DNA of 63,615 bases, filler included, from Hyphochytrium catenoides (taxonomy: Eukaryota > Protista > Hyphochytriomycota): NCBI GenBank assembly GCA_900088475.1. It is 8 parts of 8 records of this genome, joined end to end, with 100 filler letters (N's around TTAATTAATTAA, not from the genome) between each part and the next. Parts side by side here need not be neighbours in the genome. Positions count along the whole stretch, not along the records: positions 37,575 to 40,781 come from FLMG01003253.1; positions 40,882 to 47,115 come from FLMG01002966.1; positions 47,216 to 49,187 come from FLMG01003560.1; positions 49,288 to 59,804 come from FLMG01002590.1; 4 more parts are not named here. One strand, given 5' to 3'. Position numbers and translations under genes: made by a program. How positions within the stretch are numbered: position 1 is the stretch's first letter; each line of letters begins with the position of its first letter. The notes beneath the pieces were generated by a model. The model had not been told where the DNA came from. It did no database searches and saw only the letters and a list, made by a program, of their open reading frames with translations. Below, piece after piece: positions 38,311 through 51,035 of this stretch.

Positions 38311-40781
38311 ATGACTGTCACGGTCTCTATTAATCAACCGTTGCGCTCTTCTAGAAAGTGCCACAATCTAGTCAATGCAGCGCAATCTTTGGACAGCAAG
38401 AAGAAAGTGACAAAATCTGCTGCTGCAGACGATAAGAGAAAGAAGCCCCCTCCGTCTCTGGAGGAGCCCTTGCCGTCAGCAAGAGCCCCTAAAGGTAGTC
38501 ATGGCGCAGAGCAAAAGGGACAGAGCCATAGCGTTGGGATGAGATCGAAGCGTTCAATGCCGGAAGACACCTATGCAGCTGAGGACTCACCTAGAAGGTC
38601 TCAGCAAGCGACCTCCCCATCCGCCACGGACTCTTATCCACCTACTACCCCTCATGAGAAGACAGGTGTCTTCCTGCCTTCTTCCTATGTTAAGGATTCC
38701 TTGCCATGGGATGACTCACTTCAAAGTGATGTCCACAGAGGCTCATCCTTATCTCCGCAGCAGCAGCCCTGGAGGGCCTTGTCGCCTGTCAAGGCTACTA
38801 TCAATAGGAATCATCCTCCTTATTCTCCAGGGTCAGCAAGTGATCCCCCTCTGCGAAAGAAGTCACGGTGGGAAGTCATGGGCGCTTGTCCTCAAGCAGT
38901 ATCCGTAGGCGAGGTGCCTATTTCTTCTGGCTTTTACGAAGGACAGGCGCGTCAACTGGTGGTGTCAGAAGTGCAGTCACTCCTGAAGAAACAAGAGAAC
39001 CACTTCAAAGAGCAGCTGACTATTTGGAAAGAGGAGAATGCAGATTATGCCCGGCTCTCGGTTGAGAAGCTGAAGGCTCTTTTCCAGCACGAGCGCGCCA
39101 CCATGCGTCAAGAGCTGAGCACTTTTGAGCACGAAGTTCGGCGGCTCCAATCGGAGAACGCTGAGCTAAGACAAGAGCTGGACAAACTTTGGCACATTAG
39201 CACTCAGCAACCAGCGTCCAAAGAGCCTACCCGTTTCCCGCCACACTCGTCGGGGCGTGCCTCAAGTAAGTTGAGCAGCACAAGTACCGCAGCGGGCGAA
39301 GAAACTCAAAGAACAAAGGTTACCGATAGCAGTAGCGTACGATCTGACTCCATTTCAGCCCGAAAGTGCTGCCTTTGTCAGCACCATCGGGACGCATGTG
39401 ATGAGAAAACATCTTTACCTGAAGTTGCATCTACCCTGCCCAACAATGCAGCCACCGTCCCGGATACTATCAAGGAATGGGTAGTGGATCAGTGCGAGCG
39501 CAAGCTGAGGCCCATTCGCGACCAGATAAATATCACCATCAAGAAAAATCGCGAGATCAGGAAAACAGTTGTCGGTGTTAAAGCGGAGACTGTAAAGTAT
39601 GCTGATGACATCACGGCCTTGAGTCTGGAGGTTCAGGGACTCCGGAACAAGCAGCGGGAGATAGTTTGCTATCAGCAAAAGAAAGCTTTATCTTGTGGTG
39701 CCGTAGAAGGTGAAATGATGCGCTGTCTTCAAAGGCTATTGAAGGAGGTGTTGAACCACTCCTATGGCGGCGGGAGGATCTCACCGACCGCTACCGCCGT
39801 TGGAAGCATCAGCAACAACATTGAGAAGAGGAGAGGATTATCACGATCACCCTCAATCTGCAGCGACGAATACTCCATTGATCAAGGACAAGGTTACAAC
39901 GACTCGTTGGAACACCATCATCAGGATATCAGAAGACATGTTCTGCTTCATACTCAACAGCTCATAAACCAGCAGATGCTCCCTCCATTTGACGCGAAGG
40001 AAGTTAAGCAAGAACCTGTCAAGAGTGAGAAGGAAGTATTTCCCTCAGCAGTGCCAGAGGACACAGGACATTGTTGCCCAGCTTTTCCGAAGTCTGCCCT
40101 TAGGTGTACCGTAGAAGGCGAACCAGAGAAGAATATCCTTGCCAGTTCCACCGACTCTGTTGATGTGAAAAACGAAGCAGAGATACGGGAGACGGCCGCT
40201 CTTATCAGTCATCTCATCCAGTCTGTCACTGCCCAAGTAGTCGAGGCATTATCTGAGGTGCTGAAGAGCAAGGATGCTGGCATACAAGAGAACCGCAAAG
40301 AGTTTGGCCAGATGAAGCAGACTCTAATGGAGATGATGGAAGTCAAGCTTGAAGAGGGCTTGAAGGCTGAGAGAAAGAGCTTCTCGGCAATGATGCTCGG
40401 CCAGTTCGAGGAAAAGTTCGAGAAGTTGTCAAAAGACTTGCAGCGATCACAGAAGCCCCAAGCTTTAACAGCAGATGATCTTCGCTCCATATCAGCCACT
40501 GTTCTCGAAAGATGGGAGCAAGGGCTACGTGAGCGGCGGGTGCTCCATGCTGCAAGTATGGGACCAATATCGGTAGGAGGACCTGGTCAAAGATCATCTG
40601 CTGGGTTACATGCTGCAGGCCCTTCAACGTCTAGGGTATGTCCAAAGCAACCATCTCCAGCCTTGTCCTCCTCGAACAGTCCCTTGCAACATGCGCTGCC
40701 AACCACGGGCAACGGAGTCTCGTTTACTGGTCCGCTGATGATGGCACCGACGGCTCTTCTAATTAGACCTCCTCCTCACCA
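38311..40781 (+). CDS. Uncharacterised long coiled-coil / low-complexity protein (3' truncated)
   Basis: More than 820 uninterrupted codons, S/P-rich N-terminus and heptad-rich segments; no family recognised. Confidence 0.6.
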
Positions 40782-40899
40782 NNNNNNNNNNNNNNNNNNN
40801 NNNNNNNNNNNNNNNNNNNNNNNNNTTAATTAATTAANNNNNNNNNNNNNNNNNNNNNNNNNNNNNNNNNNNNNNNNNNNNGCTGTGCAGCTTACCCTT

Positions 40900-43562
40900 C
40901 TTGCCTCTCCCACACCCATGTCTTGAAGTAGCGGGTTCTTCTGACAGCGGAGGATCCGGAGATTCGGATAGGAATCTAATGCATCTATGGACTTCCAAGA
41001 CGAAATGCTGCAGGTCGCAAAGCAATGGCCAAATGGAGACCGAAAGCAAAGTTAATATCCTGCCAGCGTCAAAGCACCCTCTTCCTGCATCACGATAGTG
41101 GTACCATTCTTACTGCACCGCCTACCTGTTGTTGTTTAGAGAAATGAACTCGAGAGCTGCAAAAGATTGCTCTTCTCCCTGTTCCTTCCCATCTTCCATT
41201 ACTCTCCTCCATGTTTGAAGAGGAGGGACTTCTTCGAGAGCATTTTGAGACAGGTTCAGACTGCGGAGCGAAGGAAGAAATGCGACGGAGAGGACTGTTC
41301 TCCATCGCCTGATATCGTTGTTGGATAAATCCAGTGACTTGAGGCTCTGGAAGCCTTGAAAGACAGTCAGATCCTTGTCCTCCTCCTTCCTTCTAAGGGT
41401 TCGTAAGCACCCTTTATCTACACAGGCTACGGGACAGGATTAGTCGAAGCTACTCATTGCAGTATGCAGGGGTAGCGCAAGAAACAACTATGTCTTCAAG
41501 TCCTAACGCGCACGTCCCTTAAAAGAGAATAGAAGGTCAAGAGCAGCTTGTTACAGCTTCCACTATCACCTTTGTAGCTCAATTTGATAAAGAAGTGGGC
41601 AACAGATTCAATCAATGGCAGTACATGCCTCCAATTGGCCATTACCAGCTATGACACCATCGTCCAGCTCGCCGAGGTTATTTCCTGACACGCTCAGCTC
41701 TTCCACTTGCGAAAAACTGTGCTCCAAGGCCAACAGCGATACCCAGTCGAGTCCACAGCGATTTAATATGACGGCTGATTGTTAGCACAGAGATCCTTAG
41801 CGCTGAGTGGCGATCTATAAGCAGCATTGACGTGGACAAGGAAGGAAATAGACCAGGCGAGGTATGAACGTGCTGGATACACTTCCATTGTTTACCTTTG
41901 AGTTGCTGAAACTGAGGTTGAATGGGAACGGAAGAGGGAGAGAAGCGAGCCAAGCCCTTATTGAAGCTCAGGTTGACTCTTTCTACGGCTTGCAGTTGCT
42001 GAAGGATCTTGAAGACCTGCAGCACCACCAGCATAATCAGTAAGACAGAGGGGCAGTACCCTTTCAAGCGCACTAAGGAGTCAACACTTTGAAGACAGAG
42101 ACAGAGGAAATGAGCAGATGGAGTTCACATGCCAAAGCGCTATCAAACCCATTCCAGCAGTGGTAGAAGGCTATACCTCTGTCCAATCCCTGAAGAGGTT
42201 GCCTTGGAGACTTAGATCCATAATAAACTGAGAAACGGCAGCAACTTCTCCCTCTTGACCGGCCTTACATATCCCACAATTCTACAGAGAAAGGAGGAAG
42301 ACTTGGGCTTGAACATGCTTCTTCTTCACCTATGGCACTTCAGCAGCTTACCTCCAGGGTGATTGTCCCGGCTTGTCCACGGTATTGTCGCAGTCTATTA
42401 TGAGAAGCAACATCAGACAATCAGCCCTCATTGATAGAAGTAAACAAATGTAAGGGTGACCAAAGCAAGAGATGAGATGATAGACAGGAGCAAATCTGCA
42501 CACAGCGGGTCGGGAGTCAAAGGAAGAAACCATGGGTCGAACTTCATGCTGGCATACACCTAGCTATAAGAAGGAACCCTCAAAAATAGGAGAGGCGGAC
42601 GAACTGTCGTTACAAGGGACAGAGCACACACGAAGGGAGACTAGGATACGTGACTAAGAGAGATGAGATGAGGATAACTCTAGAGGATAACAGTGCCAAA
42701 GGAAGAAGTCAACTGAGGTCCTCGAACATTGCCCAGTCATACTTGATTTTGTTGACTCCTAGTAATAGAATAGGCTTCATCCCTGTCTTGGTGCTGACCT
42801 GCCCAGTAATAGTTTGGTCATCCTTCTCTCCTTCCGCAGCCTCAGGAGGCTCGTAGCGTTCCATTAGCGCAGACATGAAGCTCCGTCCACGAGTAACGGC
42901 CTCAAGTCGGAGAAAAATGCCTCTGCCAGCCTCACACTGGAAGTATTGTACCTTGTTACCCTGGTTGTAGGGCAAGGGCGAGGTTGAGAGAGACAGGCAA
43001 TCAAAAGAGGTGAGCGGCACTTCCAAAGTAGTGTCCAATGGCCAATGCAAGCTACACTAGGACTCGAACCTCCTCAAAGCAGACGGGCCAGTAACAGGAC
43101 TAAAGAGATGTATGGGACTAAAGAGATGTATGGGACCGGGAGCCACGCGCAGAAGATGGCTACGGACTTACCTCTTTATCGATTGCCGAGCCATCGTGCT
43201 TGCCTCGAGTAGAGTCATCAAACTCCACGCCTACAGCACAGTCCCCAATGTCAGAGGAGCTGAGGCGCAGACGAATGCGAATCAAGCTGTAGAAGTGTGC
43301 AACGAGGGCTCAAGGATGTCCGTGGTAGAAATGTGCGCGAGCGCTTGCCACCTACCAACCCAAATGGAGTTGGGATTCTTGGCACTGCACACAGGACCAA
43401 CGTATCTGACCACGCCTTGGAAGCTGTTCTTGTCTTCGACTCTCTCTCCTATCTCCGGTAAGCTAGAGGAAGACCAGTGTGTTAGGAGTGTGCGATGGCA
43501 AGTGCGCCGACGAGGGTAAACCAATCTCACGTTAGTTCACTCTCTGGCTGATCTGAAGACAT
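40900..43562 (-). CDS. TBCE: Tubulin-specific chaperone E (CAP-Gly + LRR); multi-exon, 3' truncated
   Basis: IGERVED...GVVRYVGPV...IWVG|VEFDDSTRGKHDG...|YFQC (CAP-Gly), SFMSALMERY, then LRRs LSLQGNLFRDW, VNLSFN, VILNRCGLDW and EELSVSGNNL. Confidence 0.9.
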
Positions 43563-44379
43563 GGCTGGCAGTCCACGCGAATCGGATGGGCCGCCTATCT
43601 GAGAAAGCGAAGCGACAGCAGGAGATAATGCGCGAACTCTGGTCTTCTCACTGCTTCACAAGCACTTGAGCTTATCAAGTCAGCCCCTGGCACACGTTAG
43701 GCCACCGCTCCCACTCGTACTCCGTTCGTCAGATCTGCTACCACTGAGAGCCAACAACAGCTTGCACCTGGACACAGCTCTGCTCCGCTGATCCTTACGC
43801 TTGTCAGAGGTGCAGATGGCTGTCCAGGCCTGGTAAGCGGTGATCGTGCGGCCAGGTAATGCCCATGCTGCTACGGACGAAGCCTCAAAAGCGCGATTTC
43901 CCCAGCGACCAAAGATCTGACACGACAACGTTTCCTTCATAGGAGCTTGCAGTCATCCTCCCGGAGCTCTTAGAGCTCCCCCTGGAGCTGAAAGGAGGTC
44001 ACAGGAGAGCTCACAGGAGGCGTGAGGGTTCGGTCTCACGTCTCAAGAGCCTTTATAAGGATGATGGAAGGAGGCGACGAGCGTGTGAGGAGATTGGAAG
44101 CAGGAGGGCGAGGAGGAGCGAGAAGCTTGGAAGTGGACGTTAGGGAGACGGCAGGCGGCAGTCCACTCCGTCGTACAGCTACTCCTCACTCTGAGTCGTC
44201 GAGCTGCCATACTAGCGCAGACACAGGCTGGCAGATCCCTGAGCGTTGAAGAAACCCCTGTGATTCGCAGCGTCAGCTCTGTGTAGATAGATGCTGCAAT
44301 GGTCTGGCGTATGTACCAAGGCTGAGGCAGCATTGATGATGAGAGCCTTTTGAAGTTCCGTCCAGATAACTTATCCATA

Positions 44380-45110
44380 CAGAGTTGATGCTGCGAGTCA
44401 CAAGGTTTTGTTTAAAGCTCGGGGATCTGGCAGCCTGCGTCTGTACGGGGCACTGCGCTGCGTGCTTGTAGACTTTGACCGGACGTGAAGGGCCATTCTC
44501 CCTGCGCCACCGCTTCAACCATCAACCAAAATTGTTGATGGCTCTCTATGATCTCTTTTTCAGTCTCTCCAGTCAGTCCATCCATGGCACGATAATGGAG
44601 GACGAGGTGTAGTGCCCAGCCCATAACCCTTTGAAGCGGATATAGAGATGTAAGGAAGTCGTCCAGCTGCTCCTGGGCAACAGTCAGCGCCACTATGTAG
44701 AGAATCCGTAGGAGTACACAAGTCCAGGCTTAGAAGCTCCTCTTGAAGTGGCAAAGAACAATCTGCTCACCTGAGTTTGGCTTGCCCTGACAACAGGGCA
44801 TCTTTTTACCCCCGTTACTAGCATCTGATGTACCACCTGACCGCGCTGCTCGGTAGGGACTGCCTCCCACCAGTCCCCATCTCCCACGTTGGTGACTATC
44901 AGGGCACGCTGCTGATTCCGTATAGCCTTCGCCGCAAAGTTTGTCTGGTTGGTCGTAGCTGTCTTGATCTCAAGAGTCCCCACAACCATCCTTTTGCTTC
45001 TGGGGCTACCATCCCATCAGGTGAAGCAGCAAGCCAGGGCTTGTCTACTAAGGCATACATACCACAGTCGCAAGTAGCCTTCACTTATGGCACCTTCTTC
45101 ATGGCAGCAA
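44380..45110 (-). pseudogene. YqaJ / lambda-exonuclease-like PD-(D/E)XK nuclease relic, probably TE- or virus-derived
   Basis: CGMYALVDKPWLAASPDG (frameshift) LEIK...QVVHQMLVTG motifs; upstream in-frame stop and further frameshifts. Confidence 0.7.
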
Positions 45111-46431
45111 TAACCAGCTTACATGGATGAGGCCAAGTTAAAAGAAAAGGTGCCAAAGTAAAAGTTCTAAAGCACATGTGGCGGTGTTGGACTTTCTCCA
45201 TGGGCGGCCTCTTGGCTTCTTGATAGGAGGTGGCGACGTCCCCGGTGTTCCTCCTGCTTCTTCTACTATCCCATGTTGATTATCTGAAGGCTTGGTATCC
45301 CGTGTTAATTATCTAAAGGCTTAGCCGTCCGGCCCCGTTTCTTTGTCGGACCGAGAGGCAAGAGAAGAGGCTGCCAATGCAGATGAGAGAGGCTTCCTCT
45401 GCCTGCTGTATCCAACGGCTGCGGGAAACTAGACTGCCCGCGATCGCTGCCCGTCGGGCCATGATCTGAGCGTTGCTTATCAGCCCTCATTCAGGTAGAT
45501 GAATCGTAAGATACCCTTAGGTACTATAATGTATCGGGAAACTTCCTTATCAGAGGCAGAACCAAATCTCTGGAATGGATGAAGATTTTTTGATGAAAGT
45601 TTAGAGCTGATCAGATCAGTCATAAGCCTCAACATTCCCGCCTTCAGATTGACACTCACAAACCTCGGGGATCATCTTCTATCGCCCTCTGCTGCAACTC
45701 GACGGTCAGGAATCAAAGTGATGCAACTTCGCAGTAAGGATAGACTATCACACTCAGGTACTTTGATAAAAGCTACCTTTATTTTACAAGTGGTCTAACT
45801 CCATGAACATGTGGGCTGGCGCGGATAAAATACAAAGGTCAGCTGCACATCACAAGGATGTAGTACCGGTATCAAAAGAGTGCTGTTGCCGCTTGATTGA
45901 GGAGAGCATCACCTGTGGAGTGTCGTAGATCTCGTCGCCCGTACTATTATGAAGCAGGCGAGGTTGGAGGGAGGGACGGCTGCGGTGAGCAGCTTGAGGC
46001 TTCATTCTCTTTCAGATACACCTGAAGACGATCGAGAGTCTCTCTGATGCCTTGTTGAAACTCCTTTCGACCAAAGAGCAGTCCGCTGACATGTCCTCCT
46101 TCCACGTATCGCACCTCACAACCCCGCCATTGTGCCCGCAGTTGCTATTAAGACGGACACAGTCAGAAGAGTGGTGGGAGAACGCACTGCTACGAATGTT
46201 ACGAACGCTAGAAATGCTATGGAGACAAGAGAGAAACCATCACCATGTAAACGACTATAATAAAAACAGGATGGCAGAGCTATGCCGTTTAAACGGCCCT
46301 TCCACGCTTTATCCCCAAGAAGTGCTTACGGGGCTTACCTCCCAATAGACATCAGTCTCTCCTATGTAAGCGTCCTCCTTTGCCACGGTGAAAAGGACAG
46401 CTTCCGAACAGACTGTCAGGGGAGTGGTAAG

Positions 46432-47115
46432 TTAGTCCACTCTCACCATAGGCCAGTAAACGGTAGCGACCGCGGTAGGGCTCAGTCGGAAAGACGGGGA
46501 AAGGAAACTAAGAGGATGATAAACGCGAGAAACAGACTTGCGCAAGCCATACGAGAAAACGACAGAGAAAAGAGCGGCTTCCTGAGGCAAGGCCTGTGAA
46601 GAGAGAGGCACACCGTCGAATATTTGTAAAGCTACAAGGACCTCATGCTCTGGCTGGGTGTAAAGAGGCAAGAGGTATAGAGAGAAGAAAACGAACTTAC
46701 CTGGCCGCGGGAAGTTGGTTATGTCTGTGAGCGTAAGGAATTTTTGCATGTGATACTTCGCTTCCTCCATCTTGCCTACCTCTCCTTGCTACATTATAGA
46801 ATGAAGCGACAGCCAACCGCGGAGCCAGAGATCATTAGTTTATGCTGTGTGGTGCCCACAAGGGGGTGCTGAACAGTAAAAGTGGGAGAGAGAACAGAGA
46901 GAAGCAGAGGCATTTTTCGGTAGTGCTCACCTTGCTCTCTCCCAGAGACTTGAGGACCTCGCCCAACTTCTGCCTTTGTGCATCAAGAGACAGAGAGTCC
47001 CAGTTGCAACAGGAAGAGAGTAGGCCCCTCGTAAAGACAGGCACAGCGGACGGAGGGCCCAACCAGGAGGTAACAGCAACCGGGAATGGCGTGTAAGCTC
47101 CAGTCATCGCAGCAT
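46432..47115 (-). CDS. 3' exons of an unidentified gene (cut at contig edge)
   Basis: Protein-like segments bounded by minus-strand gtgag/gtaag donors (...LGESK|, ...NFPRPG|); no family recognised. Confidence 0.3.
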
Positions 47116-48840
47116 NNNNNNNNNNNNNNNNNNNNNNNNNNNNNNNNNNNNNNNNNNNNTTAATTAATTAANNNNNNNNNNNNNNNNNNNNNNNNNNNNN
47201 NNNNNNNNNNNNNNNTAAAAGCATTTAGACATAGCGATCATCATCTCTCGCATTATAAAAGTTAGCGGCTTACTGAAGAAGAGCTAGTGGAGCTAGTGGA
47301 AGAGCTTAAGCTCCGCGCTGGCTGGGCGCTTCCAGAAGAGGAAGAGGTTACTATTGGTATGGCCGGGACTGTGGCATGAGATGCCTGCAAGAGATTAGGT
47401 CAGCATATGAGCCAGGGAGACAGTAGCAGTTTCTGTCAGCCATGGTCTCACCGGAGAGGAAAAAGTATTACTTTGGCTCTGATCCGCGCCGCTGGAGCTT
47501 CCAGTGGGTTTGCTGATCAACGTCGTGAAGGACGAGAAGGATGACTTTTGAACCGGAGCCTGCTGTGAGCTCTTATCTGGTGCCCGGGAGAGTCTAGGAT
47601 CCTGAACAAGAGCATCTTCAGGAGCAAGCGCTGGGAAGGAGAAAGAAGGTGAATGATTAACGTTACCGCGGGCACTTGGTCCCTAGAATTCATGGCCATA
47701 AGGACTGAAGGATCCTGTGGACATATGCGATGTTATATGAGCCAGTTGCGCTGTGCTTTAGTTGTCAACATTCGCACCTTGAAGGGATCAAGGTTGACCA
47801 TCGCGCCTGTGAGTGCAGTCACACTCTCTCTTGAATAAAGCTGATCAGTTACGGTTGACAGCCCAGAAGCTATTGAACGGAGCTTCGCGCTACACAAGCC
47901 AGGAGCATTGCCAGCACTCCATGGCTCTCAACTCTCGATCATGCCCACCAGAAAGCCTGCCACTGCTCTGTGGCCCTGGTAATGAGCGACTCTAGCTTCA
48001 GTTGGTTGAGCTTGTTCTGATGTGAATAGCGCTGTTCGTGCTTCAAGATGAGCAAGCAAAGTGATGCTTCAGACCGATATGTTTTGCCCTCCTCTCTCTG
48101 TCTCACCAGCTCTCTCAGCCCTCCTCCTCCCTCCTCTCTCCCTCTGTCTCTACTCGCCATCACCGCTCCCACCTTCAGAGTACTCGTAGGTGAGAACGAT
48201 ATTATCACTGATAGACTCCTCCCCATATATTTTATCCCTTATAGACTTAGCTCTTATTAGGAATATTCTTTAATATTTGCCAACTGAGAATTTTATGTTG
48301 AGCTTCAGACACATGCAGCCCAATGTCCCCGCCTTCATCTGCTTTGATCTGTGTGAGAGCATTCACGGTCTCAATAGAGCTCAGATAGCTGCGAGTCAGA
48401 AGCAGGCAGTAGGAGCTCAGCTGGCCCGACACTATGAGGCGAGTGCCGGTTGGGTTCCTCGCAGCTTTGACGAGATCAGGGCTACACGTTAGGACAAGGT
48501 GCGGATACCCCTAGCCTCCGACTGTCGCCTCCTCCGCATCACCCGCCACCGGGCTCTGGGAGGCTTTCGGCCTGCGTGCTTTGCTATACCTCATCAGCCA
48601 TAAGAAGGGTGGAAGTTGAAAGGGCACAGTGATGCCGATAGAGCTTTATATAATAAATACTAGTGACACATTATAAGAAGAAACTCCCACCAAACTCCGC
48701 CCTGAAGGGAGACGGCTGCGCCGCCTGAGTGACCTTAGTTAGCGCTGCGTCGCTCCTACCGTCTCAAGGCAATTTTCCCTCTGACGTTAGCAGGCCACGC
48801 TGTTTCCTAGGCAGGCGACTAAGAGATCAACATGCCATGG

Positions 48841-49187
48841 TTATTCCTTCCCAGAAGGAAGGGACACCCTTTGCCAGCCGGCCAGCACCTCGATAGCCTC
48901 CCCATTCATTTCTCTCGACAGCAGCTCCGGCAGTGAGTTAAGCATTGGCAAGGCAAGTTTTTCTCTAAGCTCGACCATGTTTTGCGGATCACCAAACTAT
49001 GGGGTAGAGGTCAGAGAGAGAGAGTCCTAGAGATGAGGAAGCAATTAGTCTCTGCCCTACCTGCGGGGCCGCATTGAACTCAAGGAGATAGACTTGGTAG
49101 TCCGAGTCAACTAGAACGTCCACTCCCAGAATCTGAAACTCTAGGCTCATCCCGAGCTTGAGGTCTGCACGCACAGCGCCGACAGCC
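48841..49187 (-). CDS. Tubulin-tyrosine-ligase-like (TTLL) protein, last two exons
   Basis: FQILGVDVLVDSDYQVYLLEFNAAPQ|FGDPQ...GWQRV, the TTL ATP-grasp signature (G.D...D......LE.N..P). Confidence 0.8.
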
Positions 49188-49287
49188 NNNNNNNNNNNNN
49201 NNNNNNNNNNNNNNNNNNNNNNNNNNNNNNNTTAATTAATTAANNNNNNNNNNNNNNNNNNNNNNNNNNNNNNNNNNNNNNNNNNNN

Positions 49288-51035
49288 CGATCAGCTGGAA
49301 GTCCTCAAGGCAAACAACAGTTGCTTTGTCCAGCACGGAGGCGGAGAACCATGAAGTCCACGGAAGAGGAGCGCATTCGAAGCGTTAAACCTCTTCTCAT
49401 GGCAATCGATTTCGCTGTTGCTAAAGTCAATCTGAAAGAGGTAGAATACAATGCCAGGGAGTTTCAGGGTGCTGGGGGAAGAAAAGCTATCAAACGATCC
49501 GATGATATTTACTTTTTCGTCCACGTATCTCAACAGCTTCCAAGTCTCTGCTATTGTGCATGGCGCCTAACAGGGCTTAGACTGATGGAGGAGCTAGTGC
49601 AACCCAACGTCGGAGTTTTCTTCGATTTTACGGGGGATACTATTAAGAACTTTCAGCGCTTGGACACCGCCAAGAACTCGTTCTGGCTTTCCGTCGAACA
49701 GGAGGATGCCAAAAGCTTCAAGATGTATCACGGCCTCTTGGTGATACCAGTAGGAAAAGGGGGAGACCGCGGACCTCTTTGCACTGTTGCAGAGATATGG
49801 ACAGCGAAGACTAATGCATCGGTGGTTTTTACTTTCTTCGATAAACTTGTCACCGATATGAACCGGGTAGCTCCCAGGCGACACGATCTGTTCAAGCTCA
49901 TACAGACAGATTGCTCTGTGGCGATAGCATCTGGCGCTATTAAAGCTCTGAACGGCGGGATGAGTTTGGAACAGTACAAGCGCGCTGTATTCTCACAGGA
50001 CAGTGATGACCTATGCATCATTGCTTGGTGTACCGTCCATATGAAGAGAGCAGTCAGTGATTGGTGCAAGAGGAACGTCACCGACAGCACGGTTTCTGTT
50101 TGGGTCCATGCCGCCGATGTGGGCGCCTGACATGGCGTTTGGTGTTTGATCATGTCATGACGTGTACGGACAATAATTTGGTAACCTCTTACCAGCTGCT
50201 GTATGACTTCCTGCTTCGGGCCCCGACCCTGAGGGTAGATAAAAGCTCCACCCTTCGGATTCAGTCCAGTGATGATCGAATTACAGCTTGGCTGGAATAC
50301 GACGGCAATAGTGTGGAGCCAGGAAGCATTTTATCTCCTGAGGATCTTCAGCGGCAATTGGAGAGCCTACTCAACCTTTTGCGCTCGACAGGGGGTCCTA
50401 TCTCGGACGCCAATTCCCCCGACGAGAACGAGGACAGGAGGAGGGCTGATGTCTTCCACAATGTTGAGGAGGTGGGGCGGACTACTTTGAAGTATCGCGG
50501 ACTTGACTTCCTTGTCTTCACCTTCCTCAAAGTGTCCGTGGCCCCTGCAGTGGTGTACGTCCGCGTTTCGATCCCACAGTTGGACCTCCATCGCTGCGTC
50601 CACGTACTGGGGGGGCCTAGGAACCTGCCCATTAAACACCCATTGCTCGTGCCCAACCCGTTTTACGCTGCCTCGTTGGCTGACTACCTCCGGGGACAAT
50701 GGTGGGATAATCTTTGTTTCTTCTCTCACTCTATACCGCGTATTGCTGAGCGCTCGAGGAGCTCCACCGGCAGTGTGGAAGCTGCTATAAAAAATATGAA
50801 ACATCTTGATGGGACAAAAGATCTTCATATCTTGGACCTTATTCCGGAGCGTCACGAGCGCGTCACCCAGGAACAAAGCCTGATAGCGCAAACTATTCGC
50901 GATCGTTTGCCAAAGGAATCTCCAGTGGCTGCTGAACAAATACANNNNNNNNNNNNNNNNNNNNNNNNNNNNNNNNNNNNNNNNNNNNNNNNNNNNNNNN
51001 NNNNNTTCCCTAACAACTCTCTACCGATTTCTTAA
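49288..51035 (+). mobile_element. Mutator (MULE)/NOF-FB-like DDE transposase
   Basis: FFDFTG (D1), IQTDCSVAI...A (D2), CTVH (CxxH) and STGSVEAAIKNMK (E). The two ORFs join via a putative intron 50092-50195 or a frameshift. Confidence 0.75.

Noticed and set aside
47500-48520. In-frame stops in protein-like minus-strand text suggesting an alternative genetic code
   Set aside because: Explained by short introns; the well-supported genes use TAA, TAG and TGA as ordinary stops. Product not identifiable.
13586-49187. Apparent microtubule gene cluster (Dad1, EML, TBCE, TTLL)
   Set aside because: The genes lie on three different contigs joined by artificial linkers; only Dad1 and EML are physically linked.
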